Below, piece by piece: positions 1 to 8,524 of a stretch of 32,000 nucleotides of DNA; position 1 is the first letter of the stretch; the number at the start of each line of letters is the position of its first letter. The stretch is from the NCBI RefSeq assembly GCF_000009045.1, contig NC_000964.3, positions 3,210,001 through 3,242,000 on the forward strand, read 5' to 3'. The notes under the pieces are model-generated. The model was not told the origin of the DNA. It ran no database searches and saw only the letters and a program-made list of their open reading frames with translations. This stretch comes from Bacillus subtilis subsp. subtilis str. 168. GTDB lineage: Bacteria > Bacillota > Bacilli > Bacillales > Bacillaceae. The position numbers and the translations under genes are program-made.

Positions 1-268
1 TTTTATCCTGAAATTTTTCTGCTGTAGCCCAATCGCTGAAATATGCGAGGCTTTTTTCAGTAGTGCTGATTTTATCATCAATGATGTGATCTAATATCTG
101 AACATTTTCCTTTGCGCTTTGCGTCATCTGTACATCAAGTGAGGCAACTGCTGATTGATAAGCGCTAACCGAAAGGGCGGTTATCGGAACAATTAAGATC
201 AGCAGGAAAGAAATAATAAGTCTCCTTGCAATTGATGATCTGCGAATAGTGGTGAGTGTTTTTTTCAT
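1..268 (-). CDS. tlpA: methyl-accepting chemotaxis protein, 5' end only (first 89 codons; the gene runs off the window start)
   Basis: A reverse-strand ATG at 268-266 opens MKKTLTTIRRSSIARRLIISFLLILIVPITALSVSAYQSAVASLDVQ..., a basic N-terminus, TM helix and start of a sensor domain. The frame stays open to position 1, so it is missing from the ORF track because it is truncated. The symbol is inferred from the remembered locus order tlpB-mcpA-tlpA-mcpB-tgl. The paralogue assignment cannot be verified here. Confidence 0.7.
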   Translation of the reverse strand, partial: MKKTLTTIRRSSIARRLIISFLLILIVPITALSVSAYQSAVASLDVQMTQSAKENVQILDHIIDDKISTTEKSLAYFSDWATAEKFQDK

Positions 269-303
269 TTCCTTTTGAACCTTCTTTCAATAATTTACAA
301 ATT

Positions 304-329
304 ATATCGGCGGATCTTCCTTTAAATTA
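304..329 (-). promoter_or_regulatory. sigma-D-type promoter candidate for the truncated MCP gene
   Basis: On the reverse strand a perfect GCCGATAT -10 element (complement of 304-311) lies 14 nt downstream of TAAT (326-329). MCP genes of B. subtilis are known sigma-D regulon members. Confidence 0.5.
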
Positions 330-406
330 CATTGAAAATGGAGGAAAAAATGAAAAATAGTTCTAAATTCACCTGTTAAACTAGGACTTTATTATTGTTT
401 ACCATA

Positions 407-438
407 TAAAAAAACAGCGCTTTGATAGCGCTGTTTTT
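407..438 (-). terminator. intrinsic terminator of mcpB
   Basis: The reverse strand reads ACAGCGCT-ATCAA-AGCGCTGT followed by TTTTTTT, a few nt after the stop at 445-447. Confidence 0.8.
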
Positions 439-444
439 CGGTTT

Positions 445-2433
445 TTACTCGATTTTAAATTGTTTCGTCAGATCGCGAAGCTCTTCTGCCATCTGCGCAA
501 GAGTCGTCGCTGAGGAACTGATTTCTTCCATGGAAGCAAGCTGTTCTTCAGCTGATGCGGCAATGTCCTGGATGCTTGCCGAGCTTTCTTTCGACACGTC
601 TGCAATGCCGCTGACTGCTGCTGAAACATGCTGTGAACGGTCTGACAGCTGCTCGACGGTGGAATTCATCGTCTGCAGCTTGCCCGCGATTTCGTTTGTC
701 ATGCTGAAAATGCTCTGGAAGCTTTCTTTTGTATTGTCTGTGACAACAAGTCCGGACTGTACTTCCTGATTGACCTCTTTAAACATGTGAAGAGAGGTGT
801 CGATTTCTGCGACGATTTCTTGGATCAGCTTTTCGATTTCTTTCGCTGAATCGGCTGATTGGACAGCCAGCTTGCGCACCTCCTCCGCTACGACAGAGAA
901 GCCGCGTCCTGACTCTCCGGCACGCGCCGCTTCAATGGCTGCATTTAGTGCAAGCAGATTTGTTTGGTCAGCGATTCCGTTGATGACTCTCAAAATGCTT
1001 GTGATGTCTTTTGATTTTCCTTCTAAGCCTTTGACAACAGCTTCAGCCTGCTGAACAGATTGATTAATCGAGTTCATTTGTCCGACTGTCTGCTGCACAA
1101 ACTTCTCACCCGTTCCGGCGATTTCCGTTGATTGGATAGATGCCTTTGTAATATCTGACGATGTTTGTGAGACTTGCTGGAGTCCTTCATTCATTAAGTT
1201 CAGCTGATGAGAGCTGGATTCAACCTTTTCGCTTTGCTCCTCGTTTCCGTTTGAGAACTGCTCAATCGCCATCGTAATATGCTCGGTGGCTTTACTCGTC
1301 TGCCCGGCAGATGCGGTAAGCTGTTCGGAAGATGCGGCCACATTGTTCACCGAGTCCTGAATAGCGCTGATCAGAGAGCGGAGAGATTGTCCCATTTCAT
1401 TGAAGCTTTCCCCAAGCTCTCCAAGCTCATCCTTTGAATGGATTTCGATCGTTTCGGTCAGATCCCCCCTGCTGATCGTTTTCGATGATTGAACAAGACG
1501 TTTTAACGGTTTTGTAATCGAACGAACGATAAACAGAATTAAAATTCCGCCTGCCACAATGGAAGCAATCAGCACAATCATTCCTGTTGTCAGCACAGAC
1601 TTTGAGGCATCCTTAATTTCATCCATATACATTGTGCCGGCTATTTTCCAACCAGTCAGTTCGTTTGTAGTATAGGTCATCTTTTTATCTTCGTTATTAA
1701 GAGTATACTGGAGTTCACCGCTGTCATTCGCATACATTTTGGCTACCCAGTCGCCTGAAAGCTTTTCTCCAGCCTTATGGTTCTTGTGGGCGACATAGGT
1801 TTTGTTTTTTGTTGCAATGAAAGCATAACCTTCTTTTCCGACCTTGATTTGTTTCATTTGTTCTAACAATTTATCAATGGTAATATCCATGGCGACAACG
1901 CCAGATCCGTCCTTCAGCTCCTGTGCAATGGTAATGACCATGCTTCCGTCACTCGCAGCCACGTAAGGATCTGTCACGACAATTTCACCGCCGGCCTTCA
2001 TCGCATCCTGGTACCAAGGCCGTTGTCTCGGGTCGTATCCTTCCGGCAATTTTTCTTTTGGCGCTTGTACATAAGTGCCGTTATCTGCGCCCCCATAAAT
2101 TCTGGCTACTCCTTGATTAATAGATACATATTGTGAAAATTTAGCTTTGATCTCTTCTTGATTTGATTTCCCTTTGAATGCGGATCTTTTAAGAGATTCA
2201 CTGAAAAAGGTGACTGCTTTCGCTTTTTCTCCCAGATCATTTGTAACAGTTGTATTAAATGTATCGACACTGTTTTTCGCATTTCCCATAATTTCCTGAT
2301 CCAGCTTTCCGCTGGCGCTTCGGTAAGAGCTAAATTCTAATATAAGAATAGGGATAATGAGAATCGCAATAAATGAGACGATTAATTTCTTTGAAATAGA
2401 CGGTTTCTTCAGCCAATTGATAAAAGTCTTCAT
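445..2433 (-). CDS. mcpB: methyl-accepting chemotaxis protein (662 aa: two TM helices, extracellular double-Cache-type sensor, HAMP, MCP signalling domain)
   Basis: The ORF has TM helices at about residues 17-35 and 281-303. It carries the conserved signalling hairpin [31 protein letters not shown]. Putative methylation pairs EQ at 370-371 and 594-595 and EE at 629-630 and 636-637 match my recollection of McpB sites Q371/Q595/E630/E637. It lies directly next to tgl. The SD is GAAGGAGCAAGTGACATG. I am less certain about mcpB versus tlpB than about the MCP call itself. Confidence 0.9.
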   Translation of the reverse strand: MKTFINWLKKPSISKKLIVSFIAILIIPILILEFSSYRSASGKLDQEIMGNAKNSVDTFNTTVTNDLGEKAKAVTFFSESLKRSAFKGKSNQEEIKAKFSQYVSINQGVARIYGGADNGTYVQAPKEKLPEGYDPRQRPWYQDAMKAGGEIVVTDPYVAASDGSMVITIAQELKDGSGVVAMDITIDKLLEQMKQIKVGKEGYAFIATKNKTYVAHKNHKAGEKLSGDWVAKMYANDSGELQYTLNNEDKKMTYTTNELTGWKIAGTMYMDEIKDASKSVLTTGMIVLIASIVAGGILILFIVRSITKPLKRLVQSSKTISRGDLTETIEIHSKDELGELGESFNEMGQSLRSLISAIQDSVNNVAASSEQLTASAGQTSKATEHITMAIEQFSNGNEEQSEKVESSSHQLNLMNEGLQQVSQTSSDITKASIQSTEIAGTGEKFVQQTVGQMNSINQSVQQAEAVVKGLEGKSKDITSILRVINGIADQTNLLALNAAIEAARAGESGRGFSVVAEEVRKLAVQSADSAKEIEKLIQEIVAEIDTSLHMFKEVNQEVQSGLVVTDNTKESFQSIFSMTNEIAGKLQTMNSTVEQLSDRSQHVSAAVSGIADVSKESSASIQDIAASAEEQLASMEEISSSATTLAQMAEELRDLTKQFKIE

Positions 2434-2464
2434 GTCACTTGCTCCTTCAGGTTTGATACAGTAT

Positions 2465-2489
2465 ATATCGGCTGCTTAAAAAAGTTTTA
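2465..2489 (-). promoter_or_regulatory. sigma-D-type promoter candidate for mcpB
   Basis: On the reverse strand the sequence reads TAAA-13 nt-GCCGATAT, with a perfect -10 octamer at complement 2465-2472. It lies about 30 nt upstream of the SD. Confidence 0.55.
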
Positions 2490-2559
2490 AAATAAAAAAT
2501 GGAAGAAGTTCTTTTTGGCTGTCTTCTGCCTTTTTAACTTTCATTGCCCAAGCTCTTTG

Positions 2560-2568
2560 CATATCTTA
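2560..2568 (+). promoter_or_regulatory. possible sigma-K-type -10 element upstream of tgl
   Basis: CATATCTTA fits CATAnnnTA and lies 22 nt before the tgl ATG. I see no convincing -35 AC at the canonical spacing. tgl is reported to be a late mother-cell gene. Confidence 0.25.
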
Positions 2569-2590
2569 TAAAAAACAAGGGGGGCTAAAC

Positions 2591-3328
2591 ATGATTATTG
2601 TATCAGGACAATTGCTCCGTCCCCAGGATATTGAAAATTGGCAGATTGATCAAGATCTGAATCCGCTCTTAAAAGAGATGATTGAGACGCCTGTTCAGTT
2701 TGATTATCATTCAATTGCTGAACTGATGTTTGAGCTTAAACTGCGGATGAATATTGTAGCAGCGGCAAAGACGCTGCACAAAAGCGGGGCGAAGTTTGCC
2801 ACTTTTTTAAAAACATACGGGAATACAACGTATTGGAGGGTTTCACCGGAGGGCGCCTTGGAGCTGAAATACAGAATGCCGCCTTCAAAAGCGATTCGGG
2901 ACATTGCAGAGAACGGCCCGTTTTATGCGTTTGAATGCGCAACCGCAATCGTTATCATTTATTACTTGGCCTTAATCGATACAATCGGAGAAGATAAATT
3001 CAATGCCAGCTTTGACAGAATTATTTTATATGACTGGCATTATGAGAAATTGCCGATATATACGGAAACAGGACACCACTTTTTCCTTGGAGATTGTTTG
3101 TATTTTAAGAATCCTGAATTTGATCCGCAAAAGGCGCAATGGAGAGGCGAAAATGTGATACTACTGGGGGAAGATAAATATTTTGCCCATGGTCTTGGAA
3201 TCTTAAACGGAAAGCAAATTATTGATAAGCTGAATTCTTTTAGGAAAAAAGGAGCCTTACAGTCAGCCTACCTTCTGTCTCAGGCGACCAGACTGGATGT
3301 TCCGTCTCTTTTCCGCATCGTCCGCTAA
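2591..3328 (+). CDS. tgl: protein-glutamine gamma-glutamyltransferase (spore-coat transglutaminase), 245 aa
   Basis: The full-length ORF begins MIIVSGQLLRPQDIENWQIDQDLNPLLKEM..., which I recognise as B. subtilis Tgl. The SD AAGGGGGG lies 7 nt before the ATG. Confidence 0.95.
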   Translation: MIIVSGQLLRPQDIENWQIDQDLNPLLKEMIETPVQFDYHSIAELMFELKLRMNIVAAAKTLHKSGAKFATFLKTYGNTTYWRVSPEGALELKYRMPPSKAIRDIAENGPFYAFECATAIVIIYYLALIDTIGEDKFNASFDRIILYDWHYEKLPIYTETGHHFFLGDCLYFKNPEFDPQKAQWRGENVILLGEDKYFAHGLGILNGKQIIDKLNSFRKKGALQSAYLLSQATRLDVPSLFRIVR

Positions 3329-3365
3329 AAAGCCCCATCGCCTATTTTCCGGACGATGGGGTTTC
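3326..3365. terminator. shared hairpin terminator between convergent tgl and the 87-aa ORF
   Basis: CCCCATCG-13 nt-CGATGGGG. There is a T5 tract on the reverse strand and only TTT on the forward strand. The last seven codons of the 87-aa ORF lie inside the hairpin. Confidence 0.6.
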
Positions 3366-3605
3366 AAATGCCTTTCGTTTTCGATAGAAGGGGGCTGTGC
3401 CAAAATATTGGTTCGCAGCCCACTCCATTTTTTCAAGGTCATTTCTTGTCACGATTGGATCCTGGCTGCTCCATTTGATAAAGCGGACAAAATAGTAGCC
3501 TTTGATAGGAACCATTGTAACTTTTGAGTGAGGCCAGCCTTCAAATACAAACTCAATTTTCCCTCTTTTTTTATAAGAATATTGAAGAATGTTCATATCT
3601 GTCAC
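3342..3605 (-). CDS. hypothetical small basic protein, 87 aa
   Basis: An intact ORF with a good SD (CTGAGGTGACAGATATG). Its 3' end is embedded in the terminator hairpin it shares with tgl. I recognise no domain. It is probably one of the yuz-series small genes of strain 168, but I cannot name it reliably. Confidence 0.6.
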
Positions 3606-3853
3606 CTCAGTTTATCAAGTTACGTTCGGCAAAGCTCGGTACGTTTACATCCATTGATTAACTATCCCTCATGCAGGCTTTCCGGAAAACAAAGGGTGAG
3701 GCGCGTGTCTCTTTCCCTCGCTTTTTATTTCGCATATGGACGAATGCCAAGCACGCCTTCATTCGATAAAGCCGCAGCGTGGGCGGGTGTGACAAGCCCT
3801 CCGGCTATCGGCGCTTGTTCAGCGATCATGCTTTTGTCATAAAAAACAGCCTA

Positions 3854-4252
3854 TTATCCCATCATTTTGATATAGCATGTCCGGGTGCGAGGCCCGTCAA
3901 ATTCGCAGAAATAAATGCCCTGCCACGTTCCAAGAATAAGCCGGCCGTTTTCCACAATGACATGCTGTGAAGCTCCGACCGTACTCGACTTCATGTGTGC
4001 AGCTGTATTGCCCTCCATATGGCGGTCCAGCTCATGTTCCCACGGATATACCTCATCAAACCTTCTGAGCATATCTTTTTTGACGTCCGGATCGGCATTT
4101 TCATTAATTGTAATGCCCGCAGTCGTATGCGGACAGTAAATCAGCGCTGCGCCGCTCGTTATACCTGTTTCTTGAAGAAACGCTTCCACCTCCCGGGTGA
4201 TATCTATCATTTCATCTCGTTTGGTTGTTTTGATTTGCAGTGTTTTCAGCAT
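3854..4252 (-). CDS. yugU: UPF0047 / YjbQ-family protein, 132 aa
   Basis: The sequence [22 protein letters not shown]...[18 protein letters not shown]...[15 protein letters not shown] shows the YjbQ-family hallmarks. I moved the start from the track's 4282 to the ATG at 4252, which follows the SD AAAGGAGAAACAAATG. Confidence 0.9.
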   Translation of the reverse strand: MLKTLQIKTTKRDEMIDITREVEAFLQETGITSGAALIYCPHTTAGITINENADPDVKKDMLRRFDEVYPWEHELDRHMEGNTAAHMKSSTVGASQHVIVENGRLILGTWQGIYFCEFDGPRTRTCYIKMMG

Positions 4253-4342
4253 TTGTTTCTCCTTTCGTTTGTCCGCTCTCATCGCTTAATTCGTTCTGTG
4301 TTCTTTTTTTTCCTGTTAAACCGCTCTCATAAACCCGATAAA

Positions 4343-4372
4343 ACAAAAAAACTCCAGTCTAAGGCTGGAGTT
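4343..4372 (-). terminator. intrinsic terminator of yugT
   Basis: The reverse strand reads AAACTCCAG-CCTTAGA-CTGGAGTTT followed by TTTTTG. The stop codon is part of the 5' arm. Confidence 0.8.
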
Positions 4373-6036
4373 TAGCACCATAGATATATTCTTGCTTCAT
4401 ACGGCTTTAAGAGTACTGATGTCATATGCTTGTGCGGCTCTGTTTCAATATTTGACAAGACGAGTGCATCTGATGACAATGGCAATCCAGAGTGCCTGAA
4501 CAACGCCGGTGTTCCTGTCAGATTGGCCGCAATCAGTGCAGTATGGCTCTCGTTTTTCCGAAGATATGCAAAGATTTGCTGATCTTCCGGTAAAATGAGC
4601 TCGTATGTCCCGTTAATAAAAACATCATATGTTTGGCGCAGCTTGATCAAGCTTTTGTAAAAATGGTAAACGGATGTTTTATCGTTTTTTTGCGCCTCGG
4701 CATTCAGCCATTTGTAATTCTCATTGATTCCGATCCACGGTTTGGCCTCAGAAAATCCGGCGTATGGACCAGCATTCCATTGCATCGGCGTTCGCGAATT
4801 GTCTCTTCCCTTTTTCCAGACAATCTTCATCACATCCTCGTGTGATGTGCCTTTCGCTGTTTTTGTTTCATACAGGCGTTTCAATGCGACATCATCATAG
4901 TCCTCAATAGATGGAAAAGCCACGTTCGTCATCCCGAGTTCCTGTCCCTGATAAATAAACGGTGTGCCTTTCATGAGAAAATAAACAGCGGAAAGCGCTT
5001 TTGCACTTTCTTTCAGGTACACTCCGTCGTCTCCCCACACAGAAACTGAACGGGGCTGGTCGTGATTCTCCATAAACAAAGCATTCCAGCCGATCCCTTC
5101 CAGACTGTCCTGCCAGTCAGTTAAAATTCGTTTAAATGCAACGATATCAATACTTTCATTGATCTCTACATCCCACAGGCCGAGATGCTCAAATTGAAAA
5201 ATCATGCTGAATATGCCGTTTTTTTCTCCAGCCCAATCAGCTGCTTCTTTTGCAGCGACGCCGTTTGCTTCACCAACTGTCATAATCGGATAGCGGGAAA
5301 ATGTGTTTTCCTTCAGCTCTGTTAACAAATCCATAATGCCGTCAGCATTCATATGATAAGGAAAGGAAGGGACATAGTCCAGTCCCTTTGGATTCGGCAT
5401 GTCAGGAAACCCTTCTTTTTTCTTAATATGCGTAATGGCATCCACCCGAAATCCGTCAATTCCTTTATCAAGCCACCAATTGATCATGTCATAAACGGCA
5501 TTCCTCACCTTTTCATTTTCCCAATTCAAATCAGGCTGTTTTTTATCAAAAAGGTGCAGATAATACTGGCTTGTCTTTTGATCATACTCCCAAGCCGGCC
5601 CGCCGAAAATGCTTTCCCAATTGTTGGGCGTTTTTCCGTTTTTGCCGTCTTTCCAAATATACCAGTCGCGCTTTTCCGAGTGTATGGATGAACGGGATTC
5701 TATGAACCATGGATGTTCGTCGCTTGTGTGGTTCACAACGAGATCCATAATCAGCTTCATATCCAGATCATGAATGTCACCAAGCAGCTCATCAAAATCT
5801 TCCATCGTGCCAAACTCGCTTAATATGTTTTGATAATCCCTGATATCATAGCCATTATCGGCATTCGGTGAATCATACAGCGGGCAAATCCATATGACGT
5901 CAGCGCCCAGCTCTTTTATGTAAGAAAGCTTGGTTCTGATTCCTTGAATATCCCCGATTCCGTCGCCATTTGAATCTTTAAAACTGCGGGGGTAAATTTG
6001 GTAAACTACGGCTTCCTTCCACCAAGCCTTTTTCAT
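4372..6036 (-). CDS. yugT: GH13 alpha-glucosidase of the oligo-1,6-glucosidase family, 554 aa
   Basis: The N-terminus MKKAWWKEAVVYQIYPRSFKDSNGDGIGDIQGI is typical of the family. GH13 catalytic regions DLVVNHTSDEH, GFRVDAI, EANG and FMENHDQPR are present. The SD is GGAAGGAGTGGCTGTATG. Confidence 0.93.
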   Translation of the reverse strand: MKKAWWKEAVVYQIYPRSFKDSNGDGIGDIQGIRTKLSYIKELGADVIWICPLYDSPNADNGYDIRDYQNILSEFGTMEDFDELLGDIHDLDMKLIMDLVVNHTSDEHPWFIESRSSIHSEKRDWYIWKDGKNGKTPNNWESIFGGPAWEYDQKTSQYYLHLFDKKQPDLNWENEKVRNAVYDMINWWLDKGIDGFRVDAITHIKKKEGFPDMPNPKGLDYVPSFPYHMNADGIMDLLTELKENTFSRYPIMTVGEANGVAAKEAADWAGEKNGIFSMIFQFEHLGLWDVEINESIDIVAFKRILTDWQDSLEGIGWNALFMENHDQPRSVSVWGDDGVYLKESAKALSAVYFLMKGTPFIYQGQELGMTNVAFPSIEDYDDVALKRLYETKTAKGTSHEDVMKIVWKKGRDNSRTPMQWNAGPYAGFSEAKPWIGINENYKWLNAEAQKNDKTSVYHFYKSLIKLRQTYDVFINGTYELILPEDQQIFAYLRKNESHTALIAANLTGTPALFRHSGLPLSSDALVLSNIETEPHKHMTSVLLKPYEARIYLWC

Positions 6037-6127
6037 ACAGCCACTCCTTCCCAGTGTACCGTTCTTATATATCCTATGTAGAAAAAGGTCTTTACAGCAT
6101 TGCTTTTTAAGAAATGACTTGATGACA

Positions 6128-6161
6128 CAAAAAACAGCCGTTTGTTCCCCGGCTGTTTTTT
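6128..6161 (-). terminator. intrinsic terminator of yugS
   Basis: AACAGCCG-9 nt loop-CGGCTGTT, flanked by an A tract and a T tract. Confidence 0.8.
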
Positions 6162-6162
6162 A

Positions 6163-7452
6163 TCAAAAATCAGTTTTTTTTATTTCTACAAAACGGATGT
6201 GGTGATCTTCGGCGTCGAGGATTTTAAATTCACAGCCCTCCGCGTGTATCACATCCCCTGCTTTCAGCTCCATTTTTTGCGTTAGAAGCCAGCCTGCAAT
6301 CGTATCAATTTCTTCATTTTCAATCGCAATGTCGAGAAGGTCATTCACTTCGTCTATTAGCGCTTTTCCATCCATCACATAATGGTGCTCGCCCTTTTTC
6401 AGGATGTGCGGTGTTTCATCCTGATCATACTCATCGCGGATTTCCCCGACGATTTCCTCGATAATATCCTCTACAGTGACAAGCCCCGCCGTTCCCCCGT
6501 ATTCATCGACAAGAATCGCCATGTGAATCCGCTCCTTCTGCATGCGGATTAAAAGCTGCTGAACAGGAATGCTTTCAATGACTCTGATAACGGGCCTCAT
6601 GATTTGATTCAGCTTTATCGGCTGGCCGAGAAAATAAGCTTTAAACATATCTTTGCTGTTGATGATCCCTAAAATATGATCCTTGTCATCTTTGATGACA
6701 GGGTAGCGTGTATACCGTTCATTAATGATGTGATGAATTGCCTCTTCAAGCGACTGCTCCAGAGAGATAACCGCAATTTCTGTCCGCGGAATCATAATCT
6801 CTCTCGCTACCCGGTTGTCAAATTCAAAAATCTTATTTACATAGCGGAATTCAGACTGATTGATTTCTCCCTTTTCATAGCTTTCAGAAAGGATCAGCCT
6901 TAGTTCCTCTTCGCTGATGACAACCTGATGCTCCTTTACCGAATGAAAGCCAAACAATTTCACAAGAAAACTTGCAGAGCCGTTTAATGCTTTAATAAAC
7001 GGGTACGTGATTTTATAAAACCAGATCAGCGGCTTTGCAATCCATAAGCTTACAGCTTCAGCTTTTTGAATAGAAACCGTTTTCGGGGCAAGCTCCCCCA
7101 TCACCACATGCAAAAAAGTGACGATGATAAATGCAACTACAAATGTGACAATGTGGTTAAACGGTTCCGGTATGCCTGTCATTGTAAATAAGGGATGAAG
7201 AAAACGTTCAAATGTAGGTTCACCAAGCCACCCAAGGCCGAGGGCTGTAATCGTAATCCCGAGCTGGCAGGCTGATAAATACTCGTCAAGATTGGAGATG
7301 ATTTTATGTGCGGCTAGTGCTCGGCTGTCACCGCTTTCGATGAGCTGATTGATTTTTGAACCTCTGATTTTGACGATCGCAAATTCCGCTGCAACGAAAA
7401 CAGCCGTAATGCCAATCAAAACAAAAATGGCGATCAATTGTAAAATAAGCAA
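6163..7452 (-). CDS. yugS: CNNM/CorB-type membrane protein (DUF21 transmembrane domain + CBS pair + CorC_HlyC C-terminal domain), 429 aa
   Basis: The domain order is readable in the translation: AAEFAIVKIR at the end of TM1, a CBS pair region, then VEDIIEEIVGEIRDEYD. The only in-frame start that keeps the N-terminal helix is the TTG at 7452-7450, and it has no adjacent SD (see findings). Confidence 0.88.
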   Translation of the reverse strand: MLILQLIAIFVLIGITAVFVAAEFAIVKIRGSKINQLIESGDSRALAAHKIISNLDEYLSACQLGITITALGLGWLGEPTFERFLHPLFTMTGIPEPFNHIVTFVVAFIIVTFLHVVMGELAPKTVSIQKAEAVSLWIAKPLIWFYKITYPFIKALNGSASFLVKLFGFHSVKEHQVVISEEELRLILSESYEKGEINQSEFRYVNKIFEFDNRVAREIMIPRTEIAVISLEQSLEEAIHHIINERYTRYPVIKDDKDHILGIINSKDMFKAYFLGQPIKLNQIMRPVIRVIESIPVQQLLIRMQKERIHMAILVDEYGGTAGLVTVEDIIEEIVGEIRDEYDQDETPHILKKGEHHYVMDGKALIDEVNDLLDIAIENEEIDTIAGWLLTQKMELKAGDVIHAEGCEFKILDAEDHHIRFVEIKKTDF

Positions 7453-7481
7453 AAAAAGCCCTTACCATAAATGGTAAGGGG
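7451..7481 (-). terminator. intrinsic terminator-like hairpin between yugP and yugS
   Basis: The reverse strand reads CCCTTACCA-TTTA-TGGTAAGGG followed by CTTTTTTTG. The final TTG is the yugS start codon. Confidence 0.65.
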
Positions 7482-7495
7482 CCACCTCCTTAACG

Positions 7496-8173
7496 TTAAT
7501 TCTCATCACGACCGTTTAAGAAAATCATCACAAAACGAAGTAGTTCAAACAGGGAAACCAGGGCGGCGGCCACATACGTTAAGGCAGCAGCACTCAGCAC
7601 TTTATTTACCCCATTTTCTTCATTGTTTCGGATGAATCCTTCTGACACAATAATCTGCTTCGCACGTGAACTTGCATTGAATTCGACAGGCAATGTAATC
7701 AGCTGGAAAAAGACAGCCGCTGAAAACAGTATGATGCCAAGCCCGATCAAATTCAGGCTGCCGAGAAGCATGCCTCCTAAGAAAAGCAAAGGAGCTACAC
7801 CGGATGCAAAATTCACGACTGGGAAGATTTTATGTCTCAGCACAAGCGCACCATATGACTCCTGATGCTGCAAGGCATGTCCGACTTCATGGGAAGCTAC
7901 GGATATGGCGGAAATTGAGCGGCCGTAATAGACCGGCTCAGATAAACGCACCACCCGTCTTGTCGGGTCGTAATGGTCTGTTAAAGTGCCTCTTACCGGT
8001 TCGACCGGCACGTCGTAAAGACCGTTTATATCTAAAATCCGTCTTGCCGTTTCTGCCCCTGTACGTCCGCTTGAGGCTTCCACTTTTGAATATTTTTCAA
8101 AGTTGCTCTTTACTTTAAATTGTGCCCAAAACGACAATCCCAATGCGGCTATTGTTAAAAATATAAACAGCAT
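7496..8173 (-). CDS. yugP: membrane-associated zinc metallopeptidase (Zn_peptidase_2 / YugP family), 225 aa
   Basis: The ORF has an HEVGHALQH zinc-binding motif, an N-terminal TM helix and C-terminal TM helices. The SD is AAAGGATGATGAAAAAATG. Confidence 0.9.
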   Translation of the reverse strand: MLFIFLTIAALGLSFWAQFKVKSNFEKYSKVEASSGRTGAETARRILDINGLYDVPVEPVRGTLTDHYDPTRRVVRLSEPVYYGRSISAISVASHEVGHALQHQESYGALVLRHKIFPVVNFASGVAPLLFLGGMLLGSLNLIGLGIILFSAAVFFQLITLPVEFNASSRAKQIIVSEGFIRNNEENGVNKVLSAAALTYVAAALVSLFELLRFVMIFLNGRDEN

Positions 8174-8214
8174 TTTTTCATCATCCTTTGTTCATGATCA
8201 TTTCTCTATTACGA

Positions 8215-8478
8215 TTATTTTAATGAGTTTTCTTTCTCGTGTACAGAAATGCGCTTTTTCTTCCGGCTTGGAGCACACAATCCAATCAGCAAAAAGAACA
8301 GGCCTGCTGAAAACAAATAAAAGGCGAAACTGCCGGCCAGTTCTTTCAGAAAATGAAGCCAGGAGAAGCTTCCGGAAAAGTGATTATATGAATTCAAATC
8401 GAAAATAAACAAAATCACCGCGGATGCCGCCAGCTGCGTACCGATTAAAACCACGATCGTTCTTTGAAAGATCGTCAT
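8215..8478 (-). CDS. small integral membrane protein (2-3 TM helices), 87 aa from the preferred start
   Basis: The ORF track gives 8215..8487 (90 aa). The first ATG abuts the SD, whereas the ATG at 8478 lies 8 nt after AAAGGA, so I prefer MTIFQRTIVVLIGTQLAASAVILF.... Its stop is 41 nt upstream of the yugP start, so it is probably the first gene of a three-gene operon. Confidence 0.6.
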   Translation of the reverse strand: MTIFQRTIVVLIGTQLAASAVILFIFDLNSYNHFSGSFSWLHFLKELAGSFAFYLFSAGLFFLLIGLCAPSRKKKRISVHEKENSLK

Positions 8479-8524
8479 CTTTTTCATCCTTTTTGTTTTA
8501 GTTTATGGAGAAATCCGGTTTTAT

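Noticed and set aside
7466-7468. ATG in the loop region of the yugP/yugS hairpin as an alternative start served by the AAGGAGGTG SD
   Set aside because: It is out of frame with yugS, lies 16 nt downstream of the GGAGG core, and opens only a short ORF of roughly 40 codons, with Phe/Cys-rich nonsense composition, that overlaps yugS.
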